The position numbers and the translations under genes are program-made. This document shows positions 10,268 to 19,888 of a stretch of 64,000 nt of DNA, in pieces. The stretch covers positions 124,001-188,000 of the IMG/VR virus record IMGVR_UViG_3300009011_000002; one strand, 5' to 3'. A model generated the notes under the pieces. That model saw only the letters and a list, made by a program, of their open reading frames with translations. It had not been told where the DNA came from and did no database searches. Position 1 is the first letter of the stretch. Each line of letters starts with the position of its first letter.

Positions 10268-11173
10268 GTGATTGAACTATTAGCAGGAGGCGGGGCAAAA
10301 GGCAAAAACTACTTCCCCGACTCCGGTCCCGGAGAGAAGACCCTCGTTTATGGTAACGAGGAACTGGGGTACTTCGGTACCCTTACTGTCGACGAGTTCA
10401 TGGATTATAGTGAACTCCGACGACAATTGAAGTTCTTTTTAGGAAGTGCGCAGAACTCGATTAATAACGAATGGGTTAAAGCCATCTACAACAAAAAAGT
10501 CATCTTCTTCCCCCGGAAATATATCGCCAGCAGTATCGGGTGGAACATGTTGTATGACAACGGCTTGATCCATGGTGTTGATAACAACGGTGCGTTCCAA
10601 TCAGTTAATGGTCCCGTTAACCAACAGCGGTTGGTGAGTGCTAAAGGCAGTACTTTCAGGGTCCGTGTGTTTGCATCAGATAAATCAGATCCTACTGCCT
10701 TATCGGGAAGCTTCAACTGGGGGAACCCCACCACCCAACCTCAAATTGATGTTAACCTGTCTGAATTGGGGAGCATGGTAAACTCTCTAAAATCCGGGGC
10801 TCCAATAAGTTACCCTGGCCCTAAATGGGCGGTGCTCGCTACAGACTCCCTATTTAACGGAGCCAACGGCATAACCAAGCAAACTGTGAGTAGTAATAAC
10901 CTCAACTTCTTGGGGGCGATCGCGGCAGTAGGTGTTGGTCCGTATGCCAAAGTCAATAACTCCTATGCATGGCTTCCTGTATTGGAACTGGTACCTTCTA
11001 ACGAAGTGATCATTCAACCGGTGGCGGACGTCGAATCGCGTAACGCACTCATACTGGAACCTGTGGTAATAACTGAGGTAATCCAGAACGTTGGTCTACG
11101 GGCTATTCGTAACCCAAGTGTTGTTAGTGTTGGGCCGGAGCCTGTTCATTCGGTCTCGGTTACGTACAGTTAA
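10268..11173 (+). CDS. virion structural protein, paralog family
   Basis: SGPGEKTLVYGNEELGYFG...W.PVLEL shared with 6823, 11183 and 12149. Confidence 0.75.
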   Translation: MIELLAGGGAKGKNYFPDSGPGEKTLVYGNEELGYFGTLTVDEFMDYSELRRQLKFFLGSAQNSINNEWVKAIYNKKVIFFPRKYIASSIGWNMLYDNGLIHGVDNNGAFQSVNGPVNQQRLVSAKGSTFRVRVFASDKSDPTALSGSFNWGNPTTQPQIDVNLSELGSMVNSLKSGAPISYPGPKWAVLATDSLFNGANGITKQTVSSNNLNFLGAIAAVGVGPYAKVNNSYAWLPVLELVPSNEVIIQPVADVESRNALILEPVVITEVIQNVGLRAIRNPSVVSVGPEPVHSVSVTYS

Positions 11174-11182
11174 GGAATCCTC

Positions 11183-12145
11183 ATGGACATTAAACTTAAG
11201 TGGGTTAACCGGAACACTACTCCGGTGACCATCAAGATCTACCGCAACGAAACCCAAGTCCCTAACGAGCAGTTGGGTGACCCCATAGCGACGTTGGTTG
11301 GGACAGCGACTGAATGGACTGACACCACAGCAGTTCGTCGAAAGACGTATTACTACACCATCGAGACCACTGATGGTAACGTGCGCAGTTATTCCTTGCC
11401 CCGGAAGGTCTTTGCTGATTTCAACAACGGCCCTGGGCCGCGTGAGTTAATCTGGGGTAACAGTGATTACGGTTACTTTGGTATCGTGGAGTCTCCTGAT
11501 TTCTTCAGTGCTACCGAAGTGGCCGCACTGTCACAGGCTACCTTAAACTCCCCTCCTTCCAACCCTACCCCAATCTGGCATAAATGGATACGCCGCGGCA
11601 AGATCTGTTTTGTACCAGCCCAACCACTCGCTAATACTGTTACTGTGATACAGCTTTATCAGGCTGGCTTGGTACACGGCATGGACAACCCCGGCCCCTG
11701 GAATCCCGGTTTGGGTACTGCTGGTAACGTTAACCAGCTGCGCACCATCGAACGCGGCTATGATAAATTCATTGTCCGACTCCCGACCGCTTCTGATGAC
11801 CGTAACAACCCCAGCCGTGCTATCTCAATATCAGGGCAAACCCCAGCAGTTCGTCGTTACAGTGAGGTTTCAGACCTTATCTATCCAGGCGTGCGTGGTT
11901 TTGTGCCTTCATCCCAACGAACGCCTAACACCGAGTATTATGTAGTGCCTGGCCAGCAGAACGCTGGTCGCCAAACAGCGACTTGCACCATGTTCGGCAC
12001 TACAGGCACACTACAAGGTACCCCAAGTACCGCGGCAACAACTGGGGTGGAATTGGAGGCCATTGGTGGCGTTGCCACTTGGGCCACTGCCTTGTCTTGG
12101 TCCCCCATCTTGGAAATGGTGCCACAGTTGACAGTGGAGATTTAA
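11183..12145 (+). CDS. virion structural protein, FN3-like N-terminus plus paralog domain
   Basis: LKW.N..IYR..WTDTTA..YYY then GPGPRELIWG..GYFG..WSPILE. Confidence 0.75.
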   Translation: MDIKLKWVNRNTTPVTIKIYRNETQVPNEQLGDPIATLVGTATEWTDTTAVRRKTYYYTIETTDGNVRSYSLPRKVFADFNNGPGPRELIWGNSDYGYFGIVESPDFFSATEVAALSQATLNSPPSNPTPIWHKWIRRGKICFVPAQPLANTVTVIQLYQAGLVHGMDNPGPWNPGLGTAGNVNQLRTIERGYDKFIVRLPTASDDRNNPSRAISISGQTPAVRRYSEVSDLIYPGVRGFVPSSQRTPNTEYYVVPGQQNAGRQTATCTMFGTTGTLQGTPSTAATTGVELEAIGGVATWATALSWSPILEMVPQLTVEI

Positions 12146-12148
12146 AAC

Positions 12149-13024
12149 ATGAGCAACACTTTAAAGTGGACCAACCCAAACATATCGTTCGACGAGATCC
12201 AGATCTATCGGTCGGAAGTTAAACCCACTCCCAACGAAATTCCTACCAACAAAGTAGACACCATCACCGACGGCGCTACCACGTGGACGGATGACACAGC
12301 AGCGCTCAACAAGTACTATTGGTACTGGATTGCCGTAAAGATGGGTACGGAAATCGTTTACGGTTACCCGATCATGGCAATCAACATGCCCTATACTGGT
12401 CCTGGCCCTCAGGAACTGCTGACGGGTGACTGGAGCCGTGGTTACTTTGGGTCTGTAACCAGTGCGGATTTCTTTACTAACCAAGAGCTGGTCAACTGGT
12501 TAGGTGCCGGGTCTTTGTACAACATTGCACATGCCTGGCACAAATTCATATTTAACGGCAAGATCCTGTTTTACCCTGAACGGTACGTGGCATCTGGCCT
12601 GAGTTGGAACACGTTGTACTCGGCAGGTGTTATGTATGGAGTGGACGGTAACGGCCCTGCTACTGGTCACGGACTTACCCCAGTCAACCAGAAACGTGTC
12701 ATTACCAAGGGTGAACACAGTTTCATTGTTCGCTTGCCACGCTGCCAGAATACCCCAGATTACTCGTTTGTTACGCGACAGGTGTTCGACAGTGAGTGGT
12801 ACTTGACCCTGGGTTCCGCATTCGGTGCGTATAACCCTGCCCCTGCGCTTGACTTGGCAGAGATCAGTTACGCGCCATTCCCCACAGGGTTTGCCCCATT
12901 TGTTGAGTTCAATGCTGTGGGTCCTGCTTACCTTTCCGCTACCACACCAGCGACACCCAGCAGCGGTAGCACACGAGCAACTAACGGCCTATGGCGACCG
13001 GTGTTGGAGTTAGTCCTTCTGTAA
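12149..13024 (+). CDS. virion structural protein, FN3-like N-terminus plus paralog domain
   Basis: same architecture as 11183..12145; ends WRPVLEL. Confidence 0.75.
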   Translation: MSNTLKWTNPNISFDEIQIYRSEVKPTPNEIPTNKVDTITDGATTWTDDTAALNKYYWYWIAVKMGTEIVYGYPIMAINMPYTGPGPQELLTGDWSRGYFGSVTSADFFTNQELVNWLGAGSLYNIAHAWHKFIFNGKILFYPERYVASGLSWNTLYSAGVMYGVDGNGPATGHGLTPVNQKRVITKGEHSFIVRLPRCQNTPDYSFVTRQVFDSEWYLTLGSAFGAYNPAPALDLAEISYAPFPTGFAPFVEFNAVGPAYLSATTPATPSSGSTRATNGLWRPVLELVLL

Positions 13025-13043
13025 AGCAAAAAAGAAAAGGCAC

Positions 13044-13077
13044 TACTACCTCCTACCCGTAAGGGTAGGAGGTAGTA
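13044..13077. terminator. terminator hairpin between convergent gene blocks
   Basis: 15-bp perfect stem, GTAA loop; A-run on + gives a U-tract on the minus strand. Confidence 0.8.
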
Positions 13078-13087
13078 CACCGTCACG

Positions 13088-13480
13088 TTACTCGGCTGGA
13101 GATTTGTTTAGCAACATCACTTTCAACCGTTTGATTTCGGTATCCAGAGCTATTCGCCAGCCACCAGGAGACTTCAGATACATGTTCAGCAACAGGTGAA
13201 TAACAAACGCCTGTTCTTCTGCTGTGTCATGCGGGATATCCGGGTGGGTTGTTTGTCGGAAGACTGCTGCAATGTGAGTGCAACGATCTGCCGACATCCC
13301 CATGATGATCCGCAGGTCGTAGGTCAACGGAGGCAGCTGACCAACCAGATGGGGTGGTTCTTCTGGTGTAAGAATACGGCTCGACAACACCTCCTTACCC
13401 AAAGTCTCCAATTCACCCAATACCTTGTCATCAGGTTCAGGTGCAATGAAAGACTTGTCTTCACCAACTGTATCAGACAT
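13088..13480 (-). CDS. hypothetical protein
   Basis: 130 aa, GAGG RBS. Confidence 0.65.
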   Translation of the reverse strand: MSDTVGEDKSFIAPEPDDKVLGELETLGKEVLSSRILTPEEPPHLVGQLPPLTYDLRIIMGMSADRCTHIAAVFRQTTHPDIPHDTAEEQAFVIHLLLNMYLKSPGGWRIALDTEIKRLKVMLLNKSPAE

Positions 13481-13490
13481 GATAACCTCG

Positions 13491-14291
13491 TTAAGCTGGA
13501 GATCGGCTGAAGTGGGCCATCAATGCATGGAGTTTTTCACGGCTCGCTTCTTGCCCTTGTTTGCTTTGTGGGGCCTTGAAGACGAGGCCGTTACCCACTT
13601 TGCCTTTCTTGACGGCCCTGTCAGTCTTCGAGCACAACTCGGAGCAATACTTCATGACTCCGTCATTGATCTGCTTGGAAGGGTAGTTGTTCAGGTCGAA
13701 GTCGTAGCACCACCCACCAATGCTGATAATTGTAGCAGCACGGTTTTCAGGATCGAAGTACAGACGGCAAGGTACTGGCTTACCCTTTGCAGTGGTCAGC
13801 GTGAAGGGAATAACCGTGCTATCAAAGAACACTGCCTCCAGGACCTTGTACCAGTAGTCTGGGAGGTTTTTAGAGGCACTGGTATACAGACGTTCCCCTC
13901 GGTCGATGTTCGTCTCAAACAGCCGCTTAACGGCCTCCTGAGCATCCCCTGCATTCCCCCGTGTACGCCACACGAAATCGAAGTGGCCTTTCTTGAAGGA
14001 GAAGTACGTCTGCTTGACTGTACGGAGAATCCCGATAACAAAGTGATCCCCGCATTCACTCTTGATGACGGAGTGGCCAATGATCGGACTGTCGATCATG
14101 AGCTCGATAACCTTCTCCGGCACATCTTTCCACACCGGCAGGCCAGTTACCAACGACAGCTTCACCACACGCTCTTCGTGAGAGCGGATAAAGTCCTGGG
14201 TGAACCCCAAGTCAAAAAGCAACACCGGTTCTGCAAAGGTATCCTTCACCAGATCCAGTGGTTGGTTTTTACCCGTGTATTGCTCCGACAT
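13491..14291 (-). CDS. hypothetical protein
   Basis: long ORF; likely start MSEQYT at 14291 after AAGGA. Confidence 0.7.
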   Translation of the reverse strand: MSEQYTGKNQPLDLVKDTFAEPVLLFDLGFTQDFIRSHEERVVKLSLVTGLPVWKDVPEKVIELMIDSPIIGHSVIKSECGDHFVIGILRTVKQTYFSFKKGHFDFVWRTRGNAGDAQEAVKRLFETNIDRGERLYTSASKNLPDYWYKVLEAVFFDSTVIPFTLTTAKGKPVPCRLYFDPENRAATIISIGGWCYDFDLNNYPSKQINDGVMKYCSELCSKTDRAVKKGKVGNGLVFKAPQSKQGQEASREKLHALMAHFSRSPA

Positions 14292-14302
14292 AACTGCTAT
14301 CC

Positions 14303-14851
14303 TTAAAAGTGTTTGGTCCAACGGACCGAAATACGCTGAGGACCAATGCTGGCCTTCGGCTCTTTTTTGTCGTTGAAAGGGTGGGTGTAGCCGGTTGGGA
14401 TTTTGTTGGTGTTTGCAATCTGTACTTCGCCAACCAGCTTCATTTCTACTTCGTCCAGGATGAGGTATTCACCCGTGACGTGTGCATCCCATACGAGACG
14501 GTCTGCAGTTAATATACCTGGAGTCACTACCCGCTCATCTCCCTTGAACACGGGAGAGTAAACAAAGAAATTCATGTTGGGGTATTTGTTGACTTCGAAG
14601 TACTTCGAGACATTGGGGTAAACCCCGGTGAAACAGCCCTGGATATCTTCAGCGACCGAGATACGACCGATGTTAGGTTCAGGGTACCACGCTTCCTTAT
14701 TGGGATCCGGTACTTCAGGGTGGTTCTCATCAGGCTTCTGGTTAAACTCGGGATCCCATAGTCCTTCGAGCTTACCGTTGAAGCTGATGTGGTACAGTTC
14801 TTTTACTCCCAGGTTCTTCAACCGGGAACTGGGTATTGACTTGATGTCCAT
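14303..14851 (-). CDS. hypothetical protein, possible ADP-ribosyltransferase-like fold
   Basis: LYHIS...RISVA...FFVY...VWDAHVTGEYL spacing loosely resembles ART folds; unconfirmed. Confidence 0.4.
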   Translation of the reverse strand: MDIKSIPSSRLKNLGVKELYHISFNGKLEGLWDPEFNQKPDENHPEVPDPNKEAWYPEPNIGRISVAEDIQGCFTGVYPNVSKYFEVNKYPNMNFFVYSPVFKGDERVVTPGILTADRLVWDAHVTGEYLILDEVEMKLVGEVQIANTNKIPTGYTHPFNDKKEPKASIGPQRISVRWTKHF

Positions 14852-14867
14852 ATGTATCCTTAGTTAA

Positions 14868-14900
14868 GTTGTGGTCTCCCATCTGATGGGAGACCACAAC
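14868..14900. terminator. perfect inverted repeat, probable terminator
   Basis: GTTGTGGTCTCCCA-TCTGA-TGGGAGACCACAAC. Confidence 0.65.
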
Positions 14901-14911
14901 CTACCCCTTAC

Positions 14912-15148
14912 TTATACGTCAGTGAATTCTTCCACCGTATACATGGTCACACTTTGCTGGATGTACGCCGCGAATTTCACCCCTGCGTCAAACCCTTGAC
15001 CCTCTTCGGTGATGACGATGTATTTACGCGGCCCGCCACGATGAGGGGCTACTTTCACCTTGCAACCCATTCCAACCATCGCCTTGACGAATTCTTCCTG
15101 GGTTGGAGCGTTGGTTGCGAATTCAGTAACGAGAAATACATGAGACAT
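14912..15148 (-). CDS. hypothetical protein
   Basis: 78-aa ORF in the minus-strand run. Confidence 0.55.
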   Translation of the reverse strand: MSHVFLVTEFATNAPTQEEFVKAMVGMGCKVKVAPHRGGPRKYIVITEEGQGFDAGVKFAAYIQQSVTMYTVEEFTDV

Positions 15149-15178
15149 TTGAGGATACCTAACAAAAGTTTGAATGGG

Positions 15179-15664
15179 TTACTTGCGGATCATACCAAAG
15201 CCGGTATAGACGAAGTTGTCGCCCAGGCCGGACATCAGCTCTTTCCGCGACTGTTCTACACGCTCGCGGTAGGTCATCTTCGGAAGAACCCCCATGCCGC
15301 CGATTCGGTCAGTGAACCTGAAACCACCAGGTACTTGACTACGATCTTGGCTGGTCTTCGCCGAAACGACCCCATGGTACCCACGACGGAAGCCACCACT
15401 GATCATGAAGTCCCTCATGCGTTGTAGGATGCGCTGACAAGCTTGCTTGTTGTCATCCTCCAAGCAGAACTGCAGTTTCGGTGGGTAGTCGATACACAGC
15501 TGGGTGAGGGAGCGGTGACCACCGATCACCGGCTCTGCGCGCATACGTTCACGGAACGCCAGAGAGTCGCCGGCGAAGTCAGGGAACAGCGGTTGTTCTA
15601 CACGGGCTACCATCGCGCCAGCCACACAGATTGCATTGCCTTGCATTTGGATAAGTGCTTTCAT
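15179..15664 (-). CDS. hypothetical protein
   Basis: 161 aa with RBS. Confidence 0.6.
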   Translation of the reverse strand: MKALIQMQGNAICVAGAMVARVEQPLFPDFAGDSLAFRERMRAEPVIGGHRSLTQLCIDYPPKLQFCLEDDNKQACQRILQRMRDFMISGGFRRGYHGVVSAKTSQDRSQVPGGFRFTDRIGGMGVLPKMTYRERVEQSRKELMSGLGDNFVYTGFGMIRK

Positions 15665-15673
15665 GTTACACCC

Positions 15674-16342
15674 TCACACATTGAAGTTAGGTTTGGTTAC
15701 TGCGTAGAAACCGTGGTCACCAATCAGTTTTCCGATCACCCGGGATCTTTCGTCCGGCGTGTTAGCCTGAGCTAACCGGACATAGGTAGAGATGAGCGCC
15801 TCGTTGCCGAAGTCAATGTGGCCAACAGTCCCTACATTAACCGGGTGAGTAAATACAGCCTTGGGGCGATGGCATTCCGCGTACCGTGGAAATACCTGCG
15901 CGACGGCATCCCACACCCACTCCTGATAAAGGCTAGGGCCTTTAAGGATTTCCGTGGCATGCGGATACATCAGTTCCAATGGGTCGGGTTCCCTATCGGC
16001 AAAATGCTCCCGGTAAAAATCCTCCATTGGTTTTGCATACGCACGACCGGGATGGAACTCGTACCGCAACATATCCCCAATCACAGAAATGGCTGGGTAC
16101 GAGTGGACACGTTTACCGGCTACGCGAAGGTGCCATTCGTCTGTGTCTATCACTGGACAGTTTTGCCCAGTTACAACATCATCAGGCTCCCACAGGGGAT
16201 CTGGAACCACATGAGTGGAAATTACCGTATCGATGTACGGACCATGAGGACCCATCGTAACAAACTCGTTACGATGGTCGTAGAACAAGTAGCCTTCGGG
16301 AGACCATGCTAGACCAACCCCACGATAATTATCCATTACCAA
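15674..16342 (-). CDS. hypothetical protein carrying an EF-Tu G1-like peptide
   Basis: 222 aa; contains VNVGTVGHIDFG. Confidence 0.65.
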   Translation of the reverse strand: MVMDNYRGVGLAWSPEGYLFYDHRNEFVTMGPHGPYIDTVISTHVVPDPLWEPDDVVTGQNCPVIDTDEWHLRVAGKRVHSYPAISVIGDMLRYEFHPGRAYAKPMEDFYREHFADREPDPLELMYPHATEILKGPSLYQEWVWDAVAQVFPRYAECHRPKAVFTHPVNVGTVGHIDFGNEALISTYVRLAQANTPDERSRVIGKLIGDHGFYAVTKPNFNV

Positions 16343-16632
16343 CCCTCCCCGAACTCTTTGTTGACAGTTGGGCGGTTGGGATCACGCGGGCGACGACCGG
16401 GTGGCATGTACTCACCGTCGATAGGACCCGAGAGGAGCTTCTCGATGCTGCTGGAGTACATGGTCAGCGACGGTGTTTGGATACCCGGCAGTTCGATGGC
16501 GAGGGTAGGGCTACCGTCGACAACAGGACCCACTTGGGTTTCCAGCAGGCGCCCCACCGGGAACCGTGGGTGAGCGGCCGCGTGAATACGGGACATGGCC
16601 ATACGTTTAAAAGAATCAGGTTGCAGGGGCAT
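16336..16632 (-). CDS. hypothetical protein
   Basis: 98 aa, AAGGA RBS. Confidence 0.5.
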   Translation of the reverse strand: MPLQPDSFKRMAMSRIHAAAHPRFPVGRLLETQVGPVVDGSPTLAIELPGIQTPSLTMYSSSIEKLLSGPIDGEYMPPGRRPRDPNRPTVNKEFGEGW

Positions 16633-16643
16633 AATCTTTTTCC

Positions 16644-17261
16644 TTAACCGAGAATTTCGACGAGTGGGTGGGTGTAGAGCGAAACAAGGTTGCTCTTGCC
16701 GTTAACGTCCATCAGCACAGAAGAGGGCGATTGCAAAGGCATGCGCTCAATGTCCAAGTTAACAAGCAACCCTTTCCATTTACCGGTGATAGTGACGTTG
16801 AAGTCATCTTCCTCTTTAATGGTCCGGAAGTACTCGATGAAGAAGTGCTTCATCAATTCATACAGCTGGATGGTGCGAGGACGGTCATCCAGCATCACCG
16901 ATTTGAACAGGTTGATCCAAGCATCCTCAAAGGAACGGCTTGGCATGTGCGCTACGTAAGTAGCCCGGGTGGTTTTCGAGAACCAGTAGTAACGGGTATC
17001 TCGTCCATCACTGATAGCTACCACACGCAGTTCGGAATGTTCTTGCCACGACTTAGGCTCTTCCTTGCCTTTAACGTGAGTGACACAGTAGTAGTTGATC
17101 GGATACTTCAGGCCAGGGCGCACGATGTCTACCAGTTTAGCCTTCTTGGCCAGGTCGGTGCACATGTGAGAGGGAGTACGGTCTGCTTTGAGGATAGCCA
17201 AACGGTTGTCTACCAAAGCGAAAGGGAAAGGGCCTTTGTGTTCGAATTCTTTATGCAGCAT
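16644..17261 (-). CDS. hypothetical protein
   Basis: 205 aa, GGAG RBS. Confidence 0.7.
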   Translation of the reverse strand: MLHKEFEHKGPFPFALVDNRLAILKADRTPSHMCTDLAKKAKLVDIVRPGLKYPINYYCVTHVKGKEEPKSWQEHSELRVVAISDGRDTRYYWFSKTTRATYVAHMPSRSFEDAWINLFKSVMLDDRPRTIQLYELMKHFFIEYFRTIKEEDDFNVTITGKWKGLLVNLDIERMPLQSPSSVLMDVNGKSNLVSLYTHPLVEILG

Positions 17262-17309
17262 GATAAGATCTCCGTGATCTATCTGAGAGGGTTTAGCTCT
17301 TTGGGTGGA

Positions 17310-17954
17310 TTACTTGCAGAAGCTGTTGCGGGTGAGGAGGGTGGTTTTGTCTTTCTCGCCTACCAGCCAAAGCTGGTCTGCGTACTTCAGCTTACGGGAA
17401 CCAAACTCGCCTTTCGAGAAGTTCATCCGCCAGAACTTGCCTTTGGGATGTTTCTCGGTAATACGATTGTCAGCCCCCAGAATGGTGAGGGTATCACCGG
17501 GGAGTTTGATCTCGTCGATGATCTTTGGATGAGACCGATCCAACAATTGGTAACCGAACAGACTCTTACTCGGGTACTCGTAATGCCGGACAACATCGAG
17601 CTTGCCAGTACCCCAAGGCACGGTGCATTCGTTAGTGGTCACATGAACCGATTCCACAACGTTCTCGGCCAGGAAAGCTTTACCGGCAAAGAACAACGTC
17701 AACATCAGGGTAACGAACACAATCCAGAACCCGACCCGTTTGTACTTCCGTTTACGGATGTCCTCTTGGGCGCGTTTTATTCTTGTCAAGGCCTGGAGAC
17801 CCTTATCGCTGGCATCCTGTTCCAAGATGCGGATGGCATCGTCCACAGACATGTGGGGATCGATCGCTGGAGTAGGCGGAACAAGAAGCTGACCCATTGG
17901 ATGATAGTTAGGGTTTGGGTTCATCGAAGGTTGCATCAGGTGACTCCTAGTCAA
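17310..17954 (-). CDS. single-pass membrane protein
   Basis: basic patch then TM VGFWIVFVTLMLTLFFAG; soluble C-terminal domain; exact start uncertain. Confidence 0.7.
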   Translation of the reverse strand: MTRSHLMQPSMNPNPNYHPMGQLLVPPTPAIDPHMSVDDAIRILEQDASDKGLQALTRIKRAQEDIRKRKYKRVGFWIVFVTLMLTLFFAGKAFLAENVVESVHVTTNECTVPWGTGKLDVVRHYEYPSKSLFGYQLLDRSHPKIIDEIKLPGDTLTILGADNRITEKHPKGKFWRMNFSKGEFGSRKLKYADQLWLVGEKDKTTLLTRNSFCK

Positions 17955-17971
17955 AATAAGGTCTAGCGAGA

Positions 17972-18304
17972 TTACGAACGTGGGGTGTGGTACAACGCGT
18001 ATTCTTCACTATAGGTGATGTCCCACGCACCGACGATAGGGAGGTTATGCACGTCACGCAACCGTTTAGCCCACAGGACTTGGGTAATCCGACAGAACGT
18101 AAACAACCCCGTCACGTTGACGATAGCCTTTACAGCAGGGAACACCACCGCCCCACTGTGACCGTCGTACTCCGGTTGGATGGCCATCTGCTGAACCCGA
18201 CCGTAACCTGCAGTATTCGCCAACATCTCGATCATCCAGGTGTGGGGGTCCTTCACGGCTTCGGCATAATCGCTGTCGATGTCGCCTTCGTAGTAGAGTG
18301 GCAT
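17972..18304 (-). CDS. hypothetical protein
   Basis: 110 aa, AGGAGG RBS. Confidence 0.7.
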   Translation of the reverse strand: MPLYYEGDIDSDYAEAVKDPHTWMIEMLANTAGYGRVQQMAIQPEYDGHSGAVVFPAVKAIVNVTGLFTFCRITQVLWAKRLRDVHNLPIVGAWDITYSEEYALYHTPRS

Positions 18305-18356
18305 AAAGCCTCCTAGTCAAAAACAAATGCCCCTAGTGGGGCGGAAAAACCAAGCC

Positions 18357-18382
18357 CTTCCTAGTCGGTTAGGACTAGGAAG
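18357..18382 (-). terminator. intrinsic terminator
   Basis: 10-bp stem CTTCCTAGTC/GACTAGGAAG after the 18397 gene. Confidence 0.55.
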
Positions 18383-18396
18383 AGTTGGGCATTGCC

Positions 18397-18963
18397 TTAG
18401 GCTGACAAACGGTCAGTCAAGAATGGAATGAAGATTTCTTTTTCCGTCTTCGTATCCTTCAACAGGATCGTCGAGTAGAAAGGCACGGCCATGTAGGTAC
18501 GTGTCAGAATAAGTTCGTAGGGTGTCCCGTCCAAGGTGAACGCGCCGTAGGGCATTCCGAACGCTGTGAAGAATTCATTGAAGATCTTCAGATACCCTTG
18601 AGTGAAAAAGTCCGAAATCAGTTCTTCTACCCGAGATCCAACTTGCACGCCCTGGAGGCTTTGGATCTTGGTGAGCTTTGCAGCATTCGTGAACATGATT
18701 GCGCCCCGGTGTGGTTTGGTGTACACATCCGGGTTGTTGAGCAGTCGCCCGCTCGGGAAGCCTTCGAAATCACCAATCTCAGCCATTGCATCAATTGCGT
18801 AAACAAATTCCCGGAGTTTGTGAGTGTCCTTGATTTTCTCCATCCACGCGTCCACGAATTCCGGGTTCATGATCTTGCGGTAGTAGCCGACGTGGTTGGA
18901 TTTCACTTCGGCCAAAACAGGTTTCACTCCATTGATCCCCTCCAATGCTAGAGCTTGATTCAT
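18397..18963 (-). CDS. hypothetical protein, paralog of 19237..19806
   Basis: start MNQALA; shares F..GR.L...D, FTLDG.PYE and PFL.DRL. Confidence 0.75.
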   Translation of the reverse strand: MNQALALEGINGVKPVLAEVKSNHVGYYRKIMNPEFVDAWMEKIKDTHKLREFVYAIDAMAEIGDFEGFPSGRLLNNPDVYTKPHRGAIMFTNAAKLTKIQSLQGVQVGSRVEELISDFFTQGYLKIFNEFFTAFGMPYGAFTLDGTPYELILTRTYMAVPFYSTILLKDTKTEKEIFIPFLTDRLSA

Positions 18964-19036
18964 ACCTTTTTCCTTTCGATTAAACAACGTCAGTGTCATT
19001 ACACGAGAATGATGTAGGTCTGAACGCTTCCTCAAC

Positions 19037-19225
19037 TTAATTTGCAAAGTAGGCATGCAGGCTCCACCCTGCCAGGAGCGACACAACTCCCAGCGCAAAC
19101 ATCAATACCTTAAACCGACGCATTCGCCGGCGTTGTTGCTTCTTCAGCTTTGCTACAATGTCATCAGGATCCCATTCAGAATCCGATGGGGTGTTGATAG
19201 GTCCGCCTGTTGGATCCAAAGCCAT
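19037..19225 (-). CDS. small membrane protein
   Basis: basic patch plus C-terminal TM; AAGGAG RBS. Confidence 0.6.
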   Translation of the reverse strand: MALDPTGGPINTPSDSEWDPDDIVAKLKKQQRRRMRRFKVLMFALGVVSLLAGWSLHAYFAN

Positions 19226-19236
19226 AATGTTTCTCC

Positions 19237-19806
19237 TTAGCTAACCATAGGGAGGTCAGCGCGGTACAGTGCCAAGCGCAGCCGATCTTTGAGGAAGGGC
19301 AAACGGACTACCATTTGGCGTTCGAAGTCTCGGTACTCCAACACGGAGTAACGGAGGTGAGGGGAGTCAATGTTGATAGTGATCTCGTACGGCAGACCAT
19401 CCAACGTAAACGGCATCTCTGCGTAACCCATGCGCAACATGATCAGGTAGATCGAACTGATATAGTCCTCGTCAAAGAATTCTTGAATGCATTTACTGGC
19501 TTGCTGGTTCAGCGGGACTACTCGCCAGTATTTGTTACCCGATACCTTAGCGAACCGGTTGTACGTGTCGATGGCATTACGGCAGTGCTGTGCATCGATG
19601 TTCAAGTCAGAGCTGTGAAGCATGCGTCCATTCTTGAAGTCACGTGTCTTGGTAAGTTCGTCCAGGTGGTCCATGGCGTCTACGAAGAACTGGACGTTCT
19701 CGTAGGGGATGTTACTATCCTTGAAAGCCGCCACAAACTCAGCATTGAGTACCGCAAATGCGCGCGAATACTTGAACTCTTCAGCAAAAATGTCAAACGG
19801 GGACAT
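19237..19806 (-). CDS. hypothetical protein, paralog of 18397..18963
   Basis: 189 aa; shared motifs as above. Confidence 0.75.
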   Translation of the reverse strand: MSPFDIFAEEFKYSRAFAVLNAEFVAAFKDSNIPYENVQFFVDAMDHLDELTKTRDFKNGRMLHSSDLNIDAQHCRNAIDTYNRFAKVSGNKYWRVVPLNQQASKCIQEFFDEDYISSIYLIMLRMGYAEMPFTLDGLPYEITINIDSPHLRYSVLEYRDFERQMVVRLPFLKDRLRLALYRADLPMVS

Positions 19807-19858
19807 GCAAATTCCTTATTAAAGACACGGCTAAGTTCGTGTAGAGAATAGCCGGGGA

Positions 19859-19888
19859 GTGATATTAAATTGCAATTTACCGAGTGGC
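19859..19888 (-). promoter_or_regulatory. possible degenerate early promoter
   Basis: minus strand ..CGGTAAATTGCAATTTAATATCAC, similar register and distance to ATG as the consensus copies. Confidence 0.35.
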
